From assembly GCF_009914755.1 (NCBI RefSeq), contig NC_060931.1: a DNA stretch of 64,000 bases; one strand, written 5' to 3'. This document shows, one piece after another, positions 12,231-26,614 of the stretch (its first letter is position 1; every line of letters starts with the position of its first letter). The translations under genes and the position numbers were made by a program. Origin of the DNA: the human T2T-CHM13v2.0 reference genome, Homo sapiens. The notes beneath the pieces were generated by a model. It did no database searches, was not told the origin of the DNA, and saw only the letters and a program-made list of their open reading frames with translations.

Positions 12231-13274
12231 GATAAATTATAACAGTTTGTCACTGAAAAATGTTCCTCTACCAGTAACATAAAAACATTGAAGTTACTCT
12301 GAAAACCTTGTCTCAGACACCTTTTTCTACTTCTTGGAAATTAGAATGCACACTGTAGATGGTCCTTTTCGGATTACATGTTAACTTGAATGAGAAGAAA
12401 AATATTATCCTTGAAGATTTATGCAATTATTTTATCAAACCTTCTAGCTTCACTCTTGATAAAGGCAAATCCAACTACACTAAGTCATCTGCCCGGTTCG
12501 TGAGCCATCAGTGAACACGTGATTATGCTTTCTCATTCATCTTATGCCATTGCTTTCTCCAATACTGCAGACTGGATTAGAAAGGGTGAATTTAACAAGA
12601 ACTTGTAAAATAAAATAGTAAATCTTTATAACAAGTTTGCTTTGTGTTAAGTATGTGACAAACAATTATTTATAACTTTAGCTAAGGCCAAACCTGTACA
12701 AGTATAAAATATCAAGTAGCTTTTGTCATAAAGTTTCTATGATTTAGAGAATTTTTAAATTCACATCTTAAGAATTTTACAAAAAATGTTTTGTTTATTT
12801 TCAAGCAGTTATTAATACTAGAATTTTTGTTTTTGTATTCAAATCAAGTCCTCCTCTGTAAAAAAATGTACCAAAGAAAGTTGGAATACATACATCAAAA
12901 AACTATCTTTTTCTTGAAGATTTCTACTTTTTCATTATATAATACATGCTCATTGTCAAGAGTAGAAAGTAAAGAAGTGTTTAAGAAGAAAAACTTCAAT
13001 TATTTATTCTACTACCATTTTTAAAATATTTTTCCCATCCTTTTGAAACATATTTGAATAGTATACCTTCTGAAATAAAGCATATGTACACATTATTAAA
13101 TGCAAACATTTGCATCCATACTATACTTATCATTTTATAGCTTGTGTTTATATTTATAACATTTTTCATATTTAATAGCCTTTAATTATATATCTAAATA
13201 TTAAAAATAAGCTATATAACACCTCTTGTTCATTAAATGCTTATGATATGCACTTAATGAACCATGTTAAAGAC

Positions 13275-13275
<1 letters not shown>

Positions 13276-13307
<32 letters not shown>

Positions 13308-13308
13308 T
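13276..13308. repeat. (TA)n(CA)n microsatellite
   Basis: Direct sequence. Confidence 0.9.
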
Positions 13309-14710
13309 ATTTTGTTCTTACTCATCTAAACGATCTTTTATACTTCAGGGATCTAAAGCTTTGAATTGACTTGCTGAAGGTCAAAGTCAAAAGATGATGA
13401 AGTTGGAGTTCAAACCTATGCTTATCTTCAGAGTCTACATTCTAAAGCCATCTTTACATTACCTCCATTTTTAAAACTTGCCTCTATAATTTTCCACCAT
13501 ACAAATTTTAAAACTTAACTGATTTCCATTTTTCAATGTTTAGCTTATCTCCTTATTTCTTTTACTTGTCTCACAATGTGTTTAAAAACATTTTATGCAC
13601 AAATGATTATGTCAATCACCGATATTTTCTAAGAATGCATTTCTATGCCATGCATACATTTGCAGTTATTTATATATAATTGTCTACCAATTTGCACTTC
13701 CACAAATGATTTTATGTTTCAGAATTCTGAATGATGCTTTCCCCTTACCTGAAAACTTGTGACTATATAGGTCAGTAGTTTTTAAAATTACTATTAGTTT
13801 TAAAATTAGACAAAACTATACAATAAGTAACTTCGAAACATTATAATGTCAAAGTCATAGGTTTATACTCATAAATCAAAAGGAAAGATTTAACTACCAC
13901 AGAGGAGTATGCCATTTTCTATGGAAAATTTAATTCTGGCTCTTTGGTATGAGTGCATTAGCACATTCTTCAATTAAGCATGAACACAGAACTTCTAACA
14001 TTACGATCCATGAGTTATAGCAGGCTTCTCCTACAGGAAAAACTTCTAACCAAACCATACACACAAATACAAACACAAACACATACCACACATGAGGAAA
14101 TGAATGCCGAAAAGCATCCAAACACACCGCACGTAGCTCCAAGGATCCACGTAGTCATAGAACTAACTAAAAAAATACTGCTATCAATAAACAAAATTTA
14201 CTACGCTTAAGAAAATTTCAAAGCTTTTTTTCCTGAACAAAGCATACATAGTTTCAGAACTATATAGTTTTCACAGATCACCTATGTTAGACCTTTATTT
14301 CTATTATATAGCCAATGTTGTTGTTGGAAATGACATCCCTATTGCTACTGTATTTAAGGTTATCAGCCAGCCTTAAATCTTAATTCTGTAATATGAAACA
14401 ATTAACAAACTTATAATTTCTCTTTAGAAACTTTAAAACATGGCATTGTTTGCATGCAGAAGGAAAGAAACGTACAGGTGCCTAAGAAAATTTTTGACAA
14501 AATATTTTTAAAGTCTAGAAAATTTTTCTCTCCATTGCTTGAGTAGTGGCCTTGTTTTGTTTGGTTTTCTCCAGCCATCATTGAGTGAGAAGGTTCTACC
14601 AATATCTTGCTATAAATTTCATTAGAATTTACTTTGAAAGATTCTAAGCATAACGAAGATACTATATTTTACTGTCAGTGACAGAGTATGCATCTATTGT
14701 ACCTGCTAGT

Positions 14711-14889
14711 CAGTTCTAATGATGGTAAATGTATTATACTTGGCTCTCTGGGGTGGCAGAGAAGCCTTATTTATAGCTTTTGCTTATATCCATGGTGAAA
14801 ATATTCCCATGATGACCTTTATACTGCATACAACGTGTGGAAGAGATGTTCATGATTATATCCAACAGGAGACAGCTTCAGCGTCACTG
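14711..14889 (-). mobile_element. MER63-type hAT (Blackjack) MITE
   Basis: Termini cagt...cactg; ggtaaatgt, ggctctct, ccatggtgaaaatattccc and ggaagagatgt match the MER63A reverse consensus as recalled; degenerate 8-bp TSD ctgctagt/ttgctaac. Confidence 0.65.
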
Positions 14890-15988
14890 TTGCTAACCAA
14901 ATTACTGACCAGTTACAAAACCAGCTGGAGGTGTTTAGAGTTTTTAAAGAAAAGCCTAAAATTAACTGTTACATATAGAAAGAATATTAGAGATCAGAGA
15001 AATTATATGCTACTTTTCATATAGTTCAAGTCTTACCATAAATTAAAATATTTGAGATTACTCTAGTAGGTAATTTTTTATTCCCTGAAATTAGGTATGG
15101 CAGCAGCTTATTTTCTCTCTTACTTTGCCTCTTTTCCTTTCTCATAGGTCCGTTTATTTGTAACTTCAAAAGATCTTTACATTAAAGCACTCTAATTTCC
15201 ATTTAATCTGTTACTTTCACTTTGATGTTGCTTAGTTGATTAAAGTAATTTGGAATCTCAGTGCTATGGAATGTGATTAGGAATGTCATATTTCTAAAGG
15301 TTATTTTGTTAACATTTTGCACATTGAATTTTGATCAAATAGTAGATAAAAATATCATTTATCCATCTTATTCTATGGTAATTGTCATAAAAATATAGCT
15401 CTAGTTTAAATTAATAATTGGTCTAGCAATTGGAAAAATAGCAAATCATTTTATTTAATTAGATCTTTTCATGAAAACTGATTTGAAGAAATCTTAAAAT
15501 ATGCTTCATATTTCAGGAAATGATAAGATACTTTAAGCTTTGCCTATTGATTTTCTACTGGAGGATGGTAGACTGGGGAAGGGTAACTTTAATGTGAAAC
15601 TTCCATATAAAATGTGTTAATGTATTCTCTGAGATCCCACCCATAGAAAATAGACTATTTTAATTCTATGCCCTTTTCTATTTTCTTCTAAACAGGGAAT
15701 CTGGTGTCACTAGGTTACTGCAGTTTAAGACAGATTGCCTTTGTCCAACCTTTCCGTGTTTGCCAAGTAAATAGTAAATAACTGGACAGTATCTTTGTGA
15801 TTAAAATGATCTTCCAAAATAGTTTCCTCCACAAGATACTCCAATATGTTTCTGCATATTTAAGTAAGCTAGACTGTGTCTCTAGGATAATTTATTTTAG
15901 ACACCTGAAGAGTTCATAAAGTGCTACAGAGTGAAATTATTATTTGAGTTGTATCATGTATCAAATTCCATATGAAACTGCTTTTCTT

Positions 15989-18721
15989 CTAAGACTGAAC
16001 CAGGAAGAAGTTGAATACCTGAACAGACCAATAATGAGCTCCAAAACTGAATCAGTAATAAGTAGCCTACCCACAAAAAAAAAAAAAAAAAAAAAAAAGC
16101 CCTGAAACAGATTCACAGCTGAATTTCACCAGATGTACAAAGAAGAGCGGTTACCATTTCTACTGAAACTATGTGTTAAGAATTGAGGTAGAGTGATTCT
16201 TCCATAACTCATTATACGAGGCCAGCATCATCCAGTTACCATACCTGCAGAAACACACACACACAAAAGAAAACTTCAGGCCAATGTCCTTGACGAACAT
16301 TGATGCAAAAATTCTCAACAAAATACTAGCAAACTGAATCCAGCAGAACAGAAAAACTTATCTACCACAATCAAGTAGGCTTTATCCCTGGGATGCAAGG
16401 TTGGTTCAACATACGTAAATCAATAAATGTGATTCATCACATAAACAGAACTAAAGACAAGAAGCACATGATTATCTCAACAGATGTTGAAAAGGCTTTT
16501 ATTAAAATTCAACATCCTTCATGTTAAAAACTCTCAACAAACTAGATATTGAAGGAACATACCTCAAAATAATAAGAGCTATCTATGACACACCCACAGC
16601 CAACATTATACTTAATAGACAAAAGCTTGAAAACTGGCACAAGACAAGCATGCCCTCTCTAACCCTCATTTTCAACATAGTATTAGAAGGCCTCGACAGG
16701 GCAGTCAGGCAAGAGAAAGAAATTAAGGGCATCCAAACAGGAAGAGAGGAAGTCAAACTATCCCTGTTTGCAGACAATATGATTCCATATCTAGAAAACC
16801 CCATAGTCTTAGCCCAGAAGCTTATTTAACTGATAAGCAACTTCAACAAAGTTTTAGGCCAGAAGCTTATTTAACTGATAAACAACTTCAACAAAGTTTT
16901 AAGATGCAAAATTAATCTACAAAAATCACTAGCATTCCTATACAGAAACAACAGCCAAGCCAAGAGCCAAATCAGGAATGCAAACTCATTCACAATTGCC
17001 ATTAAAAGAATAAAATATTACGGAATACAGCTAACCAGGAAAGTAAAAATCTCTACAATGAGAATTACAAAACACTGCTCAAAGAAATCAGAGGTGAAAC
17101 AAACAAATGAAAAATCATCCCATGCTCATGGATAGAAAGAATCAATATTGTTAAAATTGCCATACTGCCCAAAGCAATTTATAGATTCAGTGTTATTCCT
17201 ATCAAACTACAAGTGACATTCTTTACAGTACTAGAAAAAACTATTTTAAAATTCATGTGGAATAAAAAAATAGCACAAATAGCCCACACAATCCTAAGCA
17301 AAAAGAACAAAGCAGAAAGCATCACACTATCCAACTTCAAACTATACTATAGGGCTACAATAACCAAAACATGGTACTAGTACAGAAATAGACACATAGA
17401 CCAATGGAATAGAATAGAGAGCTCAGAAATAAGGCTGCATATCTACAGTCATCTGATCTTTAACAAAACTGACAAAAACAAGCAATAGGGAAGGACTTCC
17501 TATTCAATAAATGGTGCTGGGATAACTGGCTAGCCATATGCAGAAGATTGAAATTGGACCCCTTCCTTCTACCATCTACAAAAATCAACTCAAGATGGAT
17601 TAAGCACTTAAATGTAAAACCCAAAACTATAAAAACCCTGGAAGACAACCTAGGCAATACCATTCTGGACATAGGAACTGGCAAAGATTACATGACAAAG
17701 ACACCAAAAGCAGTTGCAACAAAAGCAAAAATTGGCAAATGAATCTAAAGAGCTTCTACACAGTAAAATAAACTACCATCAGAGTAAACAGACAACCTAC
17801 AGAATGGGAGAAAATATTTGCAAACTATGCATCTGACAAAGGTCTAATAACCAGAATCCATAACGAACTAAAACAAATTTAGAAGAAGAAAAACAACTCC
17901 ATTAAAAAGTGGGCAAAAGAAATAAACAGACACTTTTCAAAAGAAGACAGGCACACTGCCAACAAGCATGTAATAAAAAGGTCCATATCACTGATCATTA
18001 GAGAAATGCAAATCAAAACCACAATACCATCTAACACCAGTCAGAATGACTGTTATTAAAAAGTCAAAAAACAGCAGATATTGGCAAAGTTGTGGAGAAA
18101 CAGGGAACACTTATACACTGTTGGTGGGAGTGTAAATTAATTCAACCATTGTGGAAAGCGGTGTGGTGATTCCACAAAGACCTGAAAACAGAACTACCAT
18201 TACTGGACATATACCCAAAGGAATATAGATTGTGCTATCATAAAGACACATGCACACTTAGGTTCATTACAGCATGGTTCACAATAGCAGAGACATGGAA
18301 TCAACCTAAATGCCCAACAATGTTAGACTGGATAAAGGAAATATGATACATATACACCATGGAATACTATGTAGCCATAAAAAGGAATGAGGTTATGTCC
18401 ATTACAGGAACATGGATAGAGCTGAAGGCCATTATCCTTAGCAAACTAACACAGAAATAGAAAAGTGAATGCCACATGTTCTCACTTATAAGTGGTAGCT
18501 CAATGATGAGAATACATGGACACAAAGAGGAGAACAACAGACACTGGGCCTACCTGAGGGTGGAGGAAGGGAGGAGGCAGAGCATCAGAAAAAATAACTA
18601 TTGGGTACTAGGCTTAGTACCTGGGTAATGAAATAATCTGTACAACAAACACCTATGACACGAGTTTACCGATATAACAAACCTGCACATGCACCCTGAA
18701 CCTAAAAGTTAAAAAAATAAT
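15989..18721 (+). mobile_element. 5'-truncated LINE-1 (L1PA13-16-like), ORF2 3' half plus 3' UTR, disrupted
   Basis: ORFs 16521.. and 17548.. are L1 ORF2 ([16 protein letters not shown]; [18 protein letters not shown]); 14-bp TSD aaactgcttttctt at 15975-15988 and 18722-18735. Confidence 0.96.
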
Positions 18722-19394
18722 AAACTGCTTTTCTTTGACAAATAAAGAAACTACAGTATGCAGTCCATGTTTATTTATATTATGCTAGTTGCCTATTCCT
18801 TGCATATCTACATAAATTCACATAATTTTAGAAGTTTGCATTTCTAAATTTAAATCAAATTTAGAAATTTGAAGCTACGAAATTAAGTTTGAATATGGAA
18901 AGCATTGGGACGTTTATCTCCTTACAATCAGATGTAAACACTAGTTATGAATATACTTTTTTCAGTCATACACCAATCATAATAAAATATTCTTTTTAAA
19001 ATTATTTTTTCGAGGATCATGCTGAAGTATTTCACTGATATCCTACATATGGACACAAGGGAGAGAAAGAAAGCTAAAATGGGAAGCATCAAATATTTAG
19101 AAAGTATGGACCATCTTTAGTGAATTCCAAAAAGCAACACAGCATTAGGAACTCTGTCCTCTGGAAAATCTTGGAGAGATGAAGATGTCCCAATGTGAAC
19201 AGTCTTATTCTCTTTTAAGTGTCCTACCATACAGAACTTTAACTTAGGCCATTTATTTTACTTAATTAAATTAGTCAATCAGATGTTTCCACATGAGCCT
19301 TACCAGAGCCCTACTTATCATCAGGAAAACTTCTAAAGAATGGGACAGAACAAAACTCATGTTATGTACAGAAGAAGGTAGCATGTATCCAAAG

Positions 19395-19528
19395 GAAGAA
19401 AGAAAGAAAGTAAAAGAGAGAGAAAGAGGATAGAAATAGAGAGAGAGAGACAGAAAGAAGGTTGAGACAGAGGGAGGGAGGGAGGGAAGGGGGAAGGGAA
19501 GGAAGGGGGAAGGGAGGGAAGGAGGAAG
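19395..19528. repeat. GA-rich polypurine tract (GAAA/GA/GGGA/GGAA)
   Basis: Direct sequence; triplex/G4-prone. Confidence 0.9.
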
Positions 19529-20291
19529 CAAAGCTGACCACGACTCAGTATATTTAACATCAGGAAATCAAAACTGAGGATAGAAAAATGCGCAAAGTGA
19601 AGGAGGTTTTTTCAAGATTACGTGGTTTATGATAAACTAAAGAATGAAAGTTGAAGAATTAAAAGACATAAACCGAACTTTATTTTTTATTCTAATGGTA
19701 ATGATGGAATTTCTGATCAAAAACAATCTTAAAGAGAGTCAAATGACATATGGGCTTATAAAGCTTTAGCATACCATAACCTACCACCCTTTTCAGGCAC
19801 AATGAAAAAAGAAGTTGGAAAAGCATCCACCTATTGCCTGCATGTAACAGAGCTCTGAGAAATCAGCCTTTTAATAAAAAGTACAGTCCTCAAAGTCTAA
19901 ATGCCTATCTAGCCCTTTCATATTATGATACGTTCTGTTAGAAATCAGTTTTCTTTCTTGCCTTTCATGCATTATTACTTCACATTAGTTCAATTTTCCT
20001 TTGTCTTGCTTCTAGGTTTTTCAGTCACCCAACCTTTTCTTTTATGAAGGCCTCTATTGTTTTTTATAATTATCACTGTAATAATACAAATGAGTTTATC
20101 AAACTTGTTTCTCAGTCTCCTTTTCTCCATGAGTTGGTAATTAATTTGTTAACATGTTGGCATCATGTTTTCCATGAATCTGGCTCCATCCATGAACCAC
20201 TGAATATCCTCCTGTATTTATGATGCTTGCCTCAAATCACTGTTTCCTGACTTAGTATTTTCTGGCATCAAGACATGAAACAAAAAGTATC

Positions 20292-20638
<347 letters not shown>

Positions 20639-21120
20639 TCAGAGCCACCAGTGCTGCTGTGTCATAAAATCTGATAGATACTGCCCTTATCATTATTTCT
20701 GAAAACACCACAAACTTATTTCAGTTATACAATCTATGTGACTTGTGTTTTTATCTCAAGGGTAATCTCCCTTACTTAAAATCTGACACATTTTTAATTA
20801 ATTTATTTGTTTCTACATTCATTCAAAACATACCAAGATTTTTATATTGCCAGGTTCTTTATAAATGCTGCAAATATGACATGAATAGAGTAAAGAGGTC
20901 CTTTGCCTCATGAGATGATAAATCTATATTCTAGAAATGACAAATTTTTAACAAGTAATTCTATGTGTGATAAATGCAATAACCAAGAGTGCTCTAAGTG
21001 CTTTGCAAGCAAAAGTTAAGAAGTCAAATTTGGTCTTGAATTTTATATTGAGGATATTTATTCCTATTTAATTAGATAAGGAACACTGAAGAAAGAAGAG
21101 GTTGCCTTAAAGATAGCAGT

Positions 21121-21290
21121 CAGGATTGGCTACCTAAGAGGGCCAGTAGAAGATAAAAATCAGAGCTCCTTATACAAAAATTATTATGAATTTTAAGACT
21201 GCAATAGCAGATCATTAAACCAAGTGTGTGATCCCCAAAACGTGAGGTCCTGTGCGACTGCACATGTCACATGCCATGAAGTCAGCCCTC
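21121..21290 (-). mobile_element. MER45A (hAT-Tip100 MITE)
   Basis: caggattggctac...cattaaaccaag...cctgtgcgactgcaca...catgaagtcagccct matches the MER45A reverse consensus as recalled. Confidence 0.8.
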
Positions 21291-21386
21291 ACGCCTATGA
21301 AGCATCCAGGAATATATGTCAAGCAGGCAGTAGAGTATACCAGTCTGGAGCTCAAGAGAAATATTTTGTTATAGACATTTGCAAGT

Positions 21387-23605
21387 TGTGACAGATTAAA
21401 GATAGCCATAAATTGTCACTCTAAAAAATCAAGAAATGGAGTTTATTTATCTTCCTCCTTGAATGTTAGCTGGCCCTATGATGGTTTAATCAATACAGTG
21501 ATGTAAAAGTGATGTTGTGGTAGTTCTAGGCCCAGCCTTTAAAAGCACTGCTGCTTCTCTCTTGAAATGCTCACACTTGGGACACTTTCCTCCAGAACCC
21601 AGAGGCTAAATGGATGTTCACTTTTAGATGACAGCCCCAGCTGTCCCAGCGAATAGGCAGCATCAAGTATCAGCCATTTGAGTGAACCATTTAGATGTTC
21701 CAGTGCAATTAAGCAGAAGAACCACCCAGCTGAACCTAGTCAATCCACAGAACCATGAGAGATAATGAAATGGTTGTTGTTTTAGGCCATGAATTTTGCA
21801 GTAATACACAGCAATAATAACCAAAACAGAAATTAATGAGGTGCTGAAACAACAAAAAGCTAAAACATTTGGCATTGGCTTTGGACCTAGAAAGCAGATA
21901 GAAGGTAGTCCAAAGCAGACTGCTAGTGAAAAATGGAATGATAGGGAGAAAAATGTTTTTGATGCTGGAAAGGAGGAAGAGGGCTTATGTTTTTTGTGGA
22001 CACAAAAAACAGAAAATAAAGCAAATGAAAATTTTTTTTATTTTATTGAGCAACAGAATAGTGAAAGTGCCAACTGTTTTTCCTGAATAAAATAAGGTAT
22101 ATGTAGAGAGAGGAACTTAAAAAAATAGCTTTCAAACAGGATCTAGAGGGAGTATTTCTTAACCAAGACTTGTTGGGAATTTTTCTTATTCCCAGTCTCC
22201 CTCAACAAAAGTCTCTCAAAGTAAGAAATTACTTTAGGACAAAGATCAAATCCAAGGCACTGTCAGTAAATGTGCAGTTTCAAAGTCAAGATCTCAGATA
22301 TGTGGCTATAAGAACTTTTTGTTAAAAACTCAGAAGGATTTGACATTTGTAAAAAACTCAGGTGTGCCTCTTTGAAACTTTCTTCTAGACAATGAGGCTT
22401 CTATAACTCTCTGTTCAAAGTAGGGAAAGGCCTTTTATAAAGAAACTTTGGTGTCGCTTTTGTCTAGGAAAATGGCTTATATTTTTATACTCAGGAAAAC
22501 CACAAAGTATCTATAGGAAGTGTACCAATTTGTACTAAACAAACAAACAAAAACAGTGACAGTTCAAAAATTAAGAGATCTTTGAGACACTCAATTTTCA
22601 ACAAAAAGAACACAGCCTGAGAAAGTCACTCAGCTACACATGTGGGCTGTTTCTTAGGGAAAAGAGAGACATATGGAAGAGCCAGAAGCCCAGAGGAAAA
22701 AGCTAAGAGGCAGAGAGAATCAACCCAAGAAAGCTGGAGGAAACCCTAACCAAGGAACCCACATCTGCTCACCTAAATTTCAGGATGTTTATGAACCAGT
22801 GGCTGCTATTTGCCACTGTACTTTTGGAATGTGTGTCTATCAAATTCTATTGTCCTTGTCTCACTATTACATACTGAGTTTGTGGGGGCCAGATAACTTG
22901 TTTTCTAGTTCATAGCTCTTCATCTCAAGAGTAGCCTGAGGTGCCTTATTCACACCTGGATCTGATTTAGATAATGGAATGCTGAACATTGAACCTAATT
23001 CAGTCACAAATTGAGACTTTGAGGGTCATGGGGAATGGTCAGGGTATTTTGCATGTAGAATGAATTTAAATAATTTATGACTGAGGGATCACTGTTGTGG
23101 GCTAAAAATGACCAAACACGTTTTATTACTCTTTCCATCAACATGTGGCATTTATTTTCATTCCCTCTTGAATCTGGGTTGGCCCTGTGACAGCTTAAAT
23201 AGAATGTGGTGGAAGTGATGATATACCAGTTACAGACACACTTTTTAAGAGGATTGCAGCATCCAGGTCCCCCTCTAAGGTTTCTCATTCTTGGAACAAT
23301 TCTTGGAACTCACCCATCATACTGTGAGAAACCCAAGCCACATGTATAGGACACATGTTGATGATCCAATTGACAGTCTCAAGCGAACTCTTTGCCAATA
23401 ACCAGCATCAAATGCTGCCAGGTAAATGGGAAATCTTGGCTGTCCCAGCACAATTGAGCCCATAGATGATGCAGCCAAATCCAATTTATATGAAAAAAGC
23501 AACCCCATTTAGTCCAGTCAACACTAAAAGTAGCGTGAAATAATGAAATAGTTAAGCCAGTAACTTTTGGAGTGGTTTGTTATAAAATAATAGATAATTA
23601 AAATA
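21387..23605 (+). mobile_element. Full-structure MaLR provirus (MLT1G/H-like LTR-int-LTR)
   Basis: 5' LTR 21387-21828 (tgtgacagattaaagat...aaccaaaaca); internal region; purine-rich PPT-like gaggga; related 3' LTR 23093-23605; degenerate 5-bp TSD caagt/ggagt. Confidence 0.8.
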
Positions 23606-23683
23606 GGAGTCAGCTGTGTATAGAGGTTAATGAAGCCATGAGATGGTTAAGACAATCAATATGTGACATGAAAGAAAAAAGGC

Positions 23684-24073
23684 TATCTTAGTCTGTTTTC
23701 TGTTACCTGAATTCCATAAACTGAGTAATTTATAAAGAAAATAAATGTATTTATTTCTTACAGTTCTAGAGGCTGATAAGTCCAAGCATATGGTGCCAGC
23801 ATCTGGTGAGGCCTTCTTGCTGTGTAATCTCATGGCAGAAGAGTGGAAGGACAAGTGAGCACATGCAAAAGGGATTGTACAAGGTGCTGAGCTGGCTTTA
23901 TTACAACTTGCTCTTGAGATAACTACCAACTCTGATGGTAGGACCTTAATCTATTCATAAGGGTGCTGCCTATGATTTGATTACCTCTTAAAGGCCCCAC
24001 ATCTTAATACTTTTACAATGGCAATTAAATGTCAACATGAGTTTCAGTGGAGACAAACATTCAAACCATAGCA
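23684..24073 (-). mobile_element. MST-family MaLR solo LTR (MSTC/D-like)
   Basis: tatcttagtctgttt...aaacattcaaaccatagca; perfect 5-bp TSD aaggc. Confidence 0.9.
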
Positions 24074-24476
24074 AAGGCTTAGAATAGAATCCTAGGAATT
24101 CCAAAATTGCCAGACAGAGAAAAAGATGACAGCTACAGAATCTGTGAAATATGTTCATCAAAGTAAAAAGAAATCCAGACAGTCAGTGACCTGTGAGCCA
24201 ATGGAAGAGAGAGACCACACAGGTGAGTGCCAATGAGAGATCAAATGAGATATAGGTCATAGTTACTTGTTCTATTAAATGACATAGAAGATAAAGGTGG
24301 CCTTAGCAAAAATAGAATTTCAAACTGTTAGGGAGGAAGCCAGACTGGAATTAGAGAGGTAGCTGAAGAATGACAGGGAATGAGCAGAGAGGAACAGAGA
24401 GTATAGGTTCTTTTGAAGAGCCAGGAAAGTTGGCATGAAGAAGCTCAATATCTCTTTCTGTCTCTCATTCTCACTC

Positions 24477-24481
24477 TGTGT

Positions 24482-24530
<49 letters not shown>
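24477..24530. repeat. (TG)n microsatellite, about 27 units
   Basis: Direct sequence; one TA interruption. Confidence 0.97.
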
Positions 24531-24531
<1 letters not shown>

Positions 24532-26396
24532 TGGGGAGAAGGAATAAGAGACAGAAATCTTGAAACATTAAAATTATCATTAAATGATGGTGAGAAGGAA
24601 AGAAATATAAAAGTTATGGTAAGAGAAAAATATGAGTAATATTTAACTCTTTCCAGAAAGGATCCTCAAACCAAAGAACATCCATTTAGGCACTATGGCT
24701 AGTGTTCAAACACACAATAACCTCAAAATAACACTTGCTGTCAAGCAGAATTTGTAAAACTGAGCTGAATAATCATGGATTCAAAGGAATTTATTTCCTG
24801 ACATATCAAAATGGCCTTGTTTAAATCATGTAATCGAGTCTATAATAAAAATTTAATCTTAAGGTTTTATAGCTCAAAAAAATCTGTATTTTAAATTTTT
24901 AGGCAGTTTCTTCTAAGGTGAACAATGGTATTTACCTTTTGGGTAGAACATGACTTATTTTTGGAAGTATTGCTTGAGTAATATTAAGAATTAGGAAATA
25001 TCTACTTGCTGATATGAGAGTATACAAAAATGTTTGCTTGACAAGCTTCTGAGGGCTCTGTAAGATTGTGGTGATATCAGATAATGCCCTTCCCAAATGT
25101 GTCTGCTCATCAATGAATTTACACACATGCATAACAGCTTCCTGGGAGCAGAATGGCTTGTACCTGGTTCTGTCTCTGAGTGTTTCAAAGATATGGAAGC
25201 ATGTTTGATGAAAGATCATGGAATAGCAAAGAAAAATAGCACCAAAAAGGCAAACAAGGCAGGGAAAGATTCTAGACTAGTGATTTGGGATCAACACAGG
25301 ACAGGATGATTAGAGAGAATAGCTTCCTGTGCACACTATGTAGTTTGATGCAGAAGCCATCCTGATCCAGATGCCCTGGTACTGTGGGGCGGGACCTTGG
25401 AAAAATTACCCAGAGGATGTGAAGTGAAAGTTTTGTTACACCATTCTTCAGAGTGAAGGCAGTTTTCCTACAGAAACCTTCAAAAAAGGAGATGCATCCT
25501 TCCTTGTTCCTGGCAGTCTTGCATTTGAGGACATCAGTATGCTCCAACTTAGGTGAGTTAGGCCACTGGCCAATTTTTTTTTTTTTCTGTAGCCCTCCTC
25601 TACTCTGAGTTCCTAATTCCACTTGTTCTGAATTTTTTTTGGTGACGCATTGTCTCCATTATTGAACTTAGTCCTTTCAAAAATTAGCAAAGCTGGGAAT
25701 TTTCATCCTATTCTTTTCCTACTTTCAGAACTTTGAACTTTGAATTTTCAGGAAGCCATGAAGAATGGAGTAAGATTCTAGGACCAGTTAACAAGAACAT
25801 GTAAAATAATTTGTTTGTAAAATAATCTTATGAGGCTAAAGCACAAGCCAGAGCAGATTTTTTTCAAAATGCATAAGCAACACTTGTTCAATTCCACCTG
25901 CTGCAGTTAAAGAAAAGTAAGCAAAAGGGAACACTGACAAAGTAATTATTTCTAGCTATCAAATGTCCATTCATTGATTTCTAGCCAAAGCAGAGAGAAT
26001 CAGGAAGTTTCTATAAAGGGCAATGAGTTTCCACAATACAGAATGTCTGTGTTGGCTCAACTCCTACCAGTTACCAAACTCCCTAATCATCCTCAATACT
26101 TTCACAATAAGTGCAAATGCTTTCAAAGTTTAAATAGATGCATCAAAAAATATGTGCCAGATAGCAATATTTGAACACTTTTCACTAAGTGCTAAAAGAT
26201 TTTAGTTTTGTATACTAATTGTTAACATGGATTAAAACCAACAAATAAAAACACAATTGCAATGCTACTTGTGCTACTGACCAACTTAGCACCAAATCAC
26301 TAATAACAATAAAATTTTTCAAAATCTTAATCAAAATTTCCCCAAATTAAAAGAAAGCCAATCAATCTACAAATTGTAAAGACTGTAAAATTAGAT

Positions 26397-26614
26397 CAAT
26401 TAAACTCAACTGGGGAGAGATTTTATTTTCCAAGGCACATTTGGCAGTATCTAAAGACATTTTTGTTTGTCACAAATGAAGGAGGGGGTGCTACCGGTGT
26501 CTAGTGGGTAGAGAACAGGGATGCTGCGAAACATCCTCTTATACCTAGGCCAGCCCCCTACAACAAAAAATTATTGGCATAAAGTGTCAATGGTGCCAGA
26601 TTTTAGAAATCCTG
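26397..26614 (+). mobile_element. MER20 (hAT-Charlie)
   Basis: catttggcagtatctaaagacatttttgtttgtcacaa...tctagtgggtagag...gatgctgcgaaacatcct...gtcaatggtgcc. Confidence 0.88.

Larger units (their letters stand above)
20812..24440 (-). mobile_element. Fragmented L2 hosting nested insertions
   Basis: L2 3' end (cattcattcaaaacat) at about 20815; L2 sequence resumes at about 21300, 23606 and 24079 after each insertion. Confidence 0.65.

Noticed and set aside
14040-14200. C/A-rich stretch resembling mitochondrial strand composition (NUMT?)
   Set aside because: No recognisable mitochondrial gene or tRNA sequence
18840-18868. 12-bp AT-rich inverted repeat (also short palindromes at 13718, 27933, 30629 and 57857)
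   Set aside because: Low-complexity AT-rich or short; plausibly expected by chance in 64 kb
24932-25219. 95-aa minus-strand ORF with an AAG|GTAAAT donor
   Set aside because: No recognisable domain; length within chance expectation; no partner exons found
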